Shown piece after piece: positions 17,320 through 23,174 of a stretch of 23,174 bases of DNA. A model generated the notes under the pieces. It had not been told where the DNA came from. It saw only the letters and a program-made list of their open reading frames with translations, and ran no database searches. The position numbers and the translations under genes are program-made. Source of the stretch: an uncultured Aminicenantes bacterium (GTDB lineage Bacteria > Acidobacteriota > Aminicenantia > UBA2199). Numbering within the stretch: the stretch's first letter is position 1; each line of letters starts with the position of its first letter. Location of the stretch: contig CBDAFS010000056.1 of the NCBI GenBank assembly GCA_965195285.1, positions 1 through 23,174 on the forward strand. The letters run 5' to 3'.

Positions 17320-18003
17320 TTAGGCGGGATAACCTACTGATTGAGCAAAGAGTACCCGCTGATGAGGCTTTAACTTAAACTCCTTGGGAGTGTTCCTTTT
17401 ATCGCAGTTGTGAAACCATGCTGCCAGACCATGGGCAGCGGCAAACAAGTAAACATTCTGGGCAATAAAACCGGTATCCGTATAATAATAGGATTTCTGC
17501 ACTTCCGGGTCCCCAATAGACCGGTCCGGTTGTCTAGGGCCTAAATCATAGCGAGTGAGGTCGGCAACGTAGAAAATATTCAGTGGAGCTTTGGCTGCAC
17601 CACGCCGGCCGGCCCTAGCCCGAAAATCCCCCTGCACTACTGGAGTGAGCTGGTGAGGAACCGCTTCGTATAAATAGATTCCCTTGGCCATGGCCACATA
17701 CAGATCTATCTCTTGGGAATTGCTGGCCGAAGGAGCTGTCCTTCCCGTTTTGCCAAAAGAGGCTCTCTCCCGATTCACACCGAAAGCCGCCCAGAGAAGG
17801 TTGGAGAGTACCTGGGCAGGAATTTTTCGGGTACTGATATTGCGGTTCGTCCATCTCTCCTGCAGGGCTTCCAACACAGACTTGCCGCCCTCCTTTTCAG
17901 GCTTCGGTAAAATGATAGGCTGTAATTCTTCAGAGGATCCATAAACAGTACCCGCCAGAACAGTAAGACCCGGTAATGCCTTTACAAAAGTTCTGCGATT
18001 CAT
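17320..18003 (-). CDS. Nitroreductase family (SagB/ThcOx-like) protein with Tat signal
   Basis: MNRRTFVK start at ATG 18003 after AAGGAGG; LSNLLWAA.G, RTAPSA.N and DTG.IAQNVYL.A motifs. Confidence 0.87.
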   Translation of the reverse strand: MNRRTFVKALPGLTVLAGTVYGSSEELQPIILPKPEKEGGKSVLEALQERWTNRNISTRKIPAQVLSNLLWAAFGVNRERASFGKTGRTAPSASNSQEIDLYVAMAKGIYLYEAVPHQLTPVVQGDFRARAGRRGAAKAPLNIFYVADLTRYDLGPRQPDRSIGDPEVQKSYYYTDTGFIAQNVYLFAAAHGLAAWFHNCDKRNTPKEFKLKPHQRVLFAQSVGYPA

Positions 18004-18156
18004 TTTGACCTCCTTTTTATAAATGGAATTCAAGCGCCAAAAGCACCTAAAATCATATAATACCCAAGTAAAATTATTTTTCAAGACCATTTAATAATAA
18101 TAGAATATATATGTTTTTTAAAATTTGGTTGCGTTGAAAATACTTTTTGCTCAAAA

Positions 18157-18226
18157 AATCGATTTTTTCTTGAAATTCCTTAGATAACAAAATAAAATAT
18201 GTACCGATGTTTATTAATAGTTAGAT
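18157..18226 (+). promoter_or_regulatory. Promoter + attI-like platform, copy C
   Basis: TTGAAA (18170-18175), 17 nt, TAAAAT (18193-18198), then GATGTTTATTAATA-GTTAGAT (GTTRRRY at 18220-18226). Same spacing and near-identical core-proximal sequence as copies A and B. Confidence 0.6.
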
Positions 18227-18250
18227 GCTGAAATACCAAGGAGGATTCAT

Positions 18251-18574
18251 ATGGCAATCAAACGTGTATGGCATGGTTGGGCCACGCCAGAAAACGCCGA
18301 TAAATACCAAAATCTTCTTCATAATGAAGTGTTTCTTGGAATAGAAGCCAAGAAAATACCAGGTTATCAGAGTATTGAACTGCTCCGACGGGATCTAGGC
18401 GATGAAGTTGAGTTCGTCACCATTATGACATTTGATTCATTGCAGAACGTCATCGACTTTCAGGGGGAAGACTACACACGCTGCTATGTTCCCGATGCTG
18501 CAAAATTGGTATTAAAGCGCTGGGATCAGGTATCAGCACATTATGAAACAATAGAATATAGAAAATATCGGTAA
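18251..18574 (+). CDS. Antibiotic biosynthesis monooxygenase (ABM)-like dimeric alpha/beta barrel protein
   Basis: IKRVWHGW, IPGY..IELLRR and EF.TIM.FDS...V..F.GEDY...YVP..A motifs; AAGGAGG RBS. Confidence 0.82.
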   Translation: MAIKRVWHGWATPENADKYQNLLHNEVFLGIEAKKIPGYQSIELLRRDLGDEVEFVTIMTFDSLQNVIDFQGEDYTRCYVPDAAKLVLKRWDQVSAHYETIEYRKYR

Positions 18575-18627
18575 ACAATTACTAATTAGAAAAAGAAACT
18601 CCGGCAAAGATAAAATCTTTTATCGGG

Positions 18628-18840
18628 AATTTGGGGTTGGAATCGGTAGCGGGGGAATTTTGACAGAGCGAAGCGTTAGGGTCAAAATTTGGGTGGACGC
18701 GTCAGCGTCCCTCCTTATGTGAACATTCAAGCATAACAAAATAGGCGCAATTTGGGAAACGCGAAAGCGTCCACTTTATAAACAGTTACCCAATCACCAA
18801 ATAAGTGTAATTTGGGAGGCGCACTGCGCCATCCACTGTT
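18628..18840. repeat. Degenerate ~60-bp repeat array with GC hairpins
   Basis: AATTTGGG at 18628, 18686, 18749 and 18809 (spacing 58/63/60). The last three are followed by hairpins GGACGC-GTCA-GCGTCC, ACGC-GAAA-GCGT and GGCGCA-C-TGCGCC. Confidence 0.6.
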
Positions 18841-18922
18841 TCCATATATGAGGGTTCAAATCCTACCCCAAAGTAGAATTATCAATCAAAATTGAATGGG
18901 TTTTGGTTGAAGGAAAAAAAGA

Positions 18923-18999
18923 TGGTAGCGGGGGTAGGATTTGAACCTACGACCTTTGGGTTATGAGCCCAATGAGCTACCAGACTGCTCCACCCCGCG
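18923..18999 (-). tRNA. tRNA-Met(CAT), initiator type
   Basis: CGCGGGGTGGAGCAGTCTGGTAGCTCATTGGGCTCATAACCCAAAGGTCGTAGGTTCAAATCCTACCCCCGCTACCA: 77 nt, CAT anticodon, three G-C pairs in the anticodon stem, C1:A72 mismatch, encoded CCA. Confidence 0.97.
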
Positions 19000-19012
19000 G
19001 TACCAAGCAAAA

Positions 19013-19041
19013 AGTATAAACGATTTCCCCGGGCTTGTCAA
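19013..19041 (-). promoter_or_regulatory. sigma70 promoter of tRNA-Met
   Basis: TTGACA (19041-19036), 17 nt, TATACT (19018-19013). Confidence 0.8.
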
Positions 19042-19062
19042 CAATAGAAACCAGGCTGATTT

Positions 19063-20759
19063 TCAATATCCAATGGCACAGCCGTCCTTCCGGGATTCAC
19101 TGGCCCCAATCAGTATCCCCTTTTTTACATCAATCCATATGCCCTGATATCCGCCAAATCCCCCCCGGGTTTTTAATATCTTATGCTTCATTGCCAGCAA
19201 TTCCCTTATCACCTGCGGGGTGATACCTTTTTCAAGATAAACCACTCCCCCGTCTACCATCATCCCAAAATCCGGCTGAGAGGAACCCGAATGCCTGAAA
19301 CGAGGGGCATCACCTGCTTCCTGAATATTCATTCCAAAGTCAATAATATTCAGAAGTATCTGGATATGACCCTGGGGCTGCATGGCCCCGCCCATTACTC
19401 CGAAACCAAACACCGGCTCATTGTCCCGGGTAACAAATGCAGGTATTATGGTATGAAAAGGCCGCTTCCCAGGTGCAAAAACATTGGGGTGACCCTCCTC
19501 AAGACTGAATAATGCACCCCGGTCCTGGATACAGAATCCCAGCCCATCGGGCACCATACCGGAACCAAATCCATAATAGTTGCTCTGAATCAAGGAAACT
19601 GCATTAAAATCCTTATCCACAATCGTCATGAACACGGTATCTCCCTTTTCCGACAGAACCTGTCCGACAGGTATTTCCGACTCGCTCTGGCTGGATTCAG
19701 TAATGACAGTCTTTTTCTGGCATATTCAGTTGATAACAATTCGGTCAGGGGAATTTGAAAAAATTTCGGATCGGCATAAAACCGGGATCGGTCTTCATAG
19801 ACTATTTTCTTGGTTTCAATCAAGGTATGTAGATATTGAGCGGAATTGTGCCCCATGGATTTCAAATCCAACTCTTTCAGTATTTGCAGCATCTGTAAGA
19901 CGGCAATACCCTGGCCATTGGGGGGCAGTTCCCACACATCATAGCCACGATAATTAACCTTAAGCGGATTTACCCATTCTGAGCGGAATTCTGAAAAATC
20001 TCTTAACTCGAAAAAACCACCTACTTTCCGGGAATAATCAACAATCGTTTTGGCAATTTTCCCCTTATAAAAGGCATCCCGGCCCTTTTCTGCGATTAGG
20101 GAATAGGTTGTTGCCAGCTCGGGATTTTTAAAAATATCACCTTTCTGAAGTAGTTTGCCATCCGGAGCATACAATTTTTGAAAATTTTCGTATTCCTTGA
20201 AACGTTCAACTGAACTTCTCCAGTAGTAGGAAATTAATTCAGAAAGGGGAAATCCTTTTTTTGCATAAGAGATGGCGGGTGCCAAAATAGCTTTCATGGG
20301 TAGTTTCCCAAACTTTTCATGCAAGGCAAACCAGCCATCCACACAACCGGGCACTGTCCAGGGTAAGGGACCATCATGAGGAATACGCTGATATCCCTTT
20401 TCTTTAAAAAAACCCGGTGATAGTGACTGCGGAGAGGTACCACTGGCATTTAGTCCATAGATTTTTTTTTCTGAATTGTCCCATACAATGGCAAAAAGAT
20501 CGCCTCCGATTCCGGAACCGGTGGGTTCCATGAGACCAAGTGCCGCATTAACCGCAATTGCCGCATCTACTGCCGTTCCCCCTTTTTTCAATATATCAAT
20601 GCCGATCTGGGCTGCCAGGGGCTGACTGGTGGCTACCATTCCCCTGGTGGAAATCACTTCTGACCGGGTGACAAACATTTTACCGGTTATTCTGTCCGCA
20701 GCCCTAATAATATTAAAAAGCACAAAAACCGATAGACAAATAAAAACTGTTTTTAGCAT
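19063..20759 (-). pseudogene. ggt: Gamma-glutamyltransferase, frameshifted (or sequencing error)
   Basis: ATG 20759 with signal peptide; GGTAVDAAIA and GIGGDLF motifs. The frame shifts near 19665; the other frame reads SEKGDTVFMTIVD...SLIQSNY.GFGSG...KRPFHTIIP...GVMGG.MQPQGH...RKDGCAIGY. Confidence 0.85.
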
Positions 20760-20776
20760 TTTACCCTCTTGAACAC

Positions 20777-22297
20777 TCACCTGTCATAAAGCGCACAAAT
20801 TTTTTTTAATTTTAACATGACATTGGTGGTCAGTTTTCCGGGTTCCAATTTCCAGGTCCAGTTTCCTTTAGACTTTCCAGGCAAATTCAATCGACTTTCA
20901 TCCTCGAATCCCAGGATATCCTGCACCGGAAACAAGGTCAGACATGCAATTGAACCCGAAGCCAGCTGAATAAACTTCCAATGAAACTCATCCCAATTAT
21001 CCGTACCTAAATAATTCATGATATCTTTTCTCTTATCATCATCCATCTCAGGTCCATAAAACCATCCATTGGCTGTATGGCTATCCTGAGTGCTGGTAAA
21101 AACCACAACCCTTGAATTGACAAAATTATGGGGCAGGGAATGATTTTCCTTATTGGTTCCAAAGGCATACTGAAGTACTTTGATACCGGGGATATTCAGT
21201 TCATCCCTGAGCTTTTCTGCCTGACTTGAATCATACATCCAGTCATCTGCTATTAAGGATAAATCCTTGATTTTTTCAAACAGTTTATTGAAAAATTTTA
21301 TACCCGGGCCTTTGATCCACTTCCCCTTTTCAGCAGATTTCTCGTTGAACGGAATAGCCCAGCTGGATTCAAACCCAATAAAGTGATTAAGCTTGATCAT
21401 ATCAACGAACTGTAAATGATTGGAAAACCGATCAACCCACCATTTCAAGGTTCTCTCACTCAATTTTTTGCCTTCAAACCACTTGTACAACGGATTTCCC
21501 CATTTTTGAGCCCTCAAGTTCCGATGATTGACCGGTATACCTGATACCTGAACAGGAACAAGATTCTTTTTATCCAATAGAAAAATGTCCGGGTGAGACC
21601 AGACATCTGAACTGTACAAATTGACATAGAATGGGGTCTCGCCGATTATTTTTATCCCTTTGTTATTGGCATATTTTTTCAAGGCAAACCATTGTTTTAA
21701 AAAAATAAATTGGAGGAACTTCTGAAATTCTATTTCAGAATTTAACTTTTCACGCCATTTTTTCATGACTTTGGCTTTTCTGGTCACAATATCTGGATCC
21801 CAATTCATCCAGTTGAAATTTCCATAATGGACCGCAAGCGAGGCAAATAATGCATAATCATCGAGCCAGTATTTTTGATCCTGACAAAAATAATTAAAAT
21901 AATTTTTTGCATCCTCAGCAGCATATTTGATGAAATTCTCGAATGCTTTCCGCAAAAATGGCATTTTGGTGGCAATGACCTCACCAAAATCAATGGTGTT
22001 TTTCTCTTTGTTTTGGGGAAGTCCAGATAATATATCATCCATCATCCATTCTTCTTTCTCGATGATTTCCAGATTTATCATCAATGGATTCCCGGCAAAA
22101 ATTGAGACCGGTGAATAGGGAGAATAATCAAAACGAGAAGAAACAGGATTAAAGGGAAGTATATGCCAGTATTTTTGTGCTCCTACCCCCAACAAATCTA
22201 CGAATTCATAAGCTTCATTGCCAAGCGTGCCAATACCATACTGGCCCGGCAGAGAAGTGACAGGTAATATCACACCACTGCTCCTCGGTATATTCAT
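20777..22297 (-). CDS. malQ: 4-alpha-glucanotransferase (GH77) homologue with substituted catalytic residues
   Basis: R.SGV.LP.TSLPG..GIG.LG, SPYS..S.FAGNP, WLDDYALF, WGNPLY and N.PG...GNW.W motifs; the catalytic motifs read KLNHFIGF, IADDW and STQDS. Confidence 0.85.
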   Translation of the reverse strand: MNIPRSSGVILPVTSLPGQYGIGTLGNEAYEFVDLLGVGAQKYWHILPFNPVSSRFDYSPYSPVSIFAGNPLMINLEIIEKEEWMMDDILSGLPQNKEKNTIDFGEVIATKMPFLRKAFENFIKYAAEDAKNYFNYFCQDQKYWLDDYALFASLAVHYGNFNWMNWDPDIVTRKAKVMKKWREKLNSEIEFQKFLQFIFLKQWFALKKYANNKGIKIIGETPFYVNLYSSDVWSHPDIFLLDKKNLVPVQVSGIPVNHRNLRAQKWGNPLYKWFEGKKLSERTLKWWVDRFSNHLQFVDMIKLNHFIGFESSWAIPFNEKSAEKGKWIKGPGIKFFNKLFEKIKDLSLIADDWMYDSSQAEKLRDELNIPGIKVLQYAFGTNKENHSLPHNFVNSRVVVFTSTQDSHTANGWFYGPEMDDDKRKDIMNYLGTDNWDEFHWKFIQLASGSIACLTLFPVQDILGFEDESRLNLPGKSKGNWTWKLEPGKLTTNVMLKLKKICALYDR

Positions 22298-22601
22298 TTA
22301 ACCTCCTTTAGATATTACCATCAATTATTTTAATCATTCTAAAAAAAAAAATCCACCATATAATAATTTACTGCCCAACATCCATAAGATCCGGGATCAA
22401 TCCCATTTCGTTATAAAAAAAAACCACAATTCTGATTTAAAATAGCCCAATCCAAATCAACAGGTCATTAAAAAACATGCCGAAATTGGCTGGTTAATTT
22501 TTGATTTGATGGGAACCTTATTTTTTCTTGATTGATAACCTTTAAAAAAATTGTACAAAAAAAATCAAACAGAATAAAATATTAAACTTGGAGGGTATCT
22601 T

Positions 22602-22988
22602 TTGTACCAATTTTTGGATAAATTTTTTTTTGCTTTTCATACTCTCATCATTTTTTTTATACTTTTGGGATGGATCTGGAAAAAAACCCGTAAATTAAAT
22701 CTTATTCTTCAATCATTAACCGCCTTTTCCTGGTTTATTCTGGGTATCTGGTATGGGTTTGGGTTTTGCCCCAGTACTGAATGGCACTGGCAGGTTAGAA
22801 TAAAGTTGGGTTTTTATGACATGCCCTCATCCTATTTGAAATTCTTTATTGACTCATTAACCGGTTTCAAAGTCAATGCCCAACTGATTGACATGTTAAC
22901 CCTTATATTCTTCCTGGCAGCATTTTTAAGTTCTGTTGTATTAAATGTAAAGGATTTTATAAAAAAAAGGGGGGGAGTCATCAAATGA
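22602..22988 (+). CDS. DUF2784 family membrane protein
   Basis: TTG start after GGAGGG; FH...I.F...GW, WYG.G.CP.T.W.W.VR motif; three hydrophobic segments. Confidence 0.7.
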   Translation: MYQFLDKFFFAFHTLIIFFILLGWIWKKTRKLNLILQSLTAFSWFILGIWYGFGFCPSTEWHWQVRIKLGFYDMPSSYLKFFIDSLTGFKVNAQLIDMLTLIFFLAAFLSSVVLNVKDFIKKRGGVIK

Positions 22989-23154
22989 ACTTTCTGTCTC
23001 ATCTGGAATGCAGTTACTGTAATAAACGGCAGGATGCGGAAAAAATATGGAATTTATGCCCGGATTGTGGGAAACGGATTGGATAAAAGATGATGAAACC
23101 GTGGTCTTATTCAATACCGGCAGCGGTCACAAGTATTACCATTTATGGGATTAA
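22985..23154 (+). pseudogene. thrC: Threonine synthase remnant (N- and C-terminal stubs fused by deletion)
   Basis: Not in ORF track. ATG 22985 gives MNFLSHLECSYCNKRQDAEKIWNLCPDCGK (zinc-ribbon-like N-terminus); a second frame gives DWIKDDETVVLFNTGSGHKYYHLWD* (TG.G.K C-terminal motif). The PLP-lysine core is absent. Confidence 0.8.
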
Positions 23155-23174
23155 GATCCAATTCAATATGAATG

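Noticed and set aside
18200-18230. Xer dif site as explanation of the platform motif
   Set aside because: Only GTTA.AT resembles the XerD arm; no 11-6-11 symmetry, and that part is not conserved in copies A and B.
18575-18800. Canonical attC after the ABM gene (e.g. GCATAAC 18731 to GTTACCC 18785)
   Set aside because: No ATCTAAC-like R'' near the stop and no L''/L' symmetry, so cassette status of the ABM gene is unproven.
18628-18840. CRISPR array
   Set aside because: Units are too degenerate, the shared block is only about 8 bp, 'spacers' resemble each other, and no cas genes are present.
18941-19223. Short plus-strand ORFs over the tRNA and ggt end
   Set aside because: Shadow ORFs antisense to tRNA-Met and ggt.
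5810-22118. Numerous 60-150 aa ORFs nested in or antisense to the called genes
   Set aside because: They overlap well-supported genes and lack RBS or family motifs.
22540-22600. Fourth platform copy (AATAAAATAT upstream of the DUF2784 gene)
   Set aside because: Shares only the -10 region; lacks ATGTTT..TAATAGTT.
1-23174. Integrase or transposase gene
   Set aside because: No ORF with tyrosine recombinase (R-H-x-x-R-H-Y), serine recombinase or DDE motifs seen; any such enzyme must lie outside the window.

Overview
AT-rich bacterial window, probably from an anaerobe (two-subunit class I fumarase, tungsten-type aldehyde oxidoreductase with Fe-S partner and sulfur carrier). It mostly holds housekeeping and secreted-protein genes plus an initiator tRNA-Met. 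The main unexplained structure is three related copies of a short non-coding 'platform' at about 460-550 (-), 3024-3113 (-) and 18157-18226 (+). Each consists of a sigma70 promoter (TTGAWA-N17-TAAAAT) followed 21-22 nt later by ATGTTT(AT/GA)TAATA-G|TY. Similarity between copies ends within a few bases of this G|TT core, and each copy precedes a different small cassette-type gene. The gene behind the 3030 copy ends in a textbook integron attC site (2365-2437). No integrase is present in the window, so this looks like a dispersed or multiplied set of Pc+attI-like landing pads. An AbiE type IV toxin-antitoxin pair with its operator sits between two of the copies. Other oddities: two genes reduced by internal deletions (FAD oxidoreductase, threonine synthase), a GGT frameshifted just before its catalytic Thr, an intact MalQ with substituted catalytic residues, a fabF-fabX-like pair, and a roughly 60-bp hairpin repeat array beside the tRNA flanked by split tRNA 3'-end fragments. 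All calls are by eye; no database searches were run.
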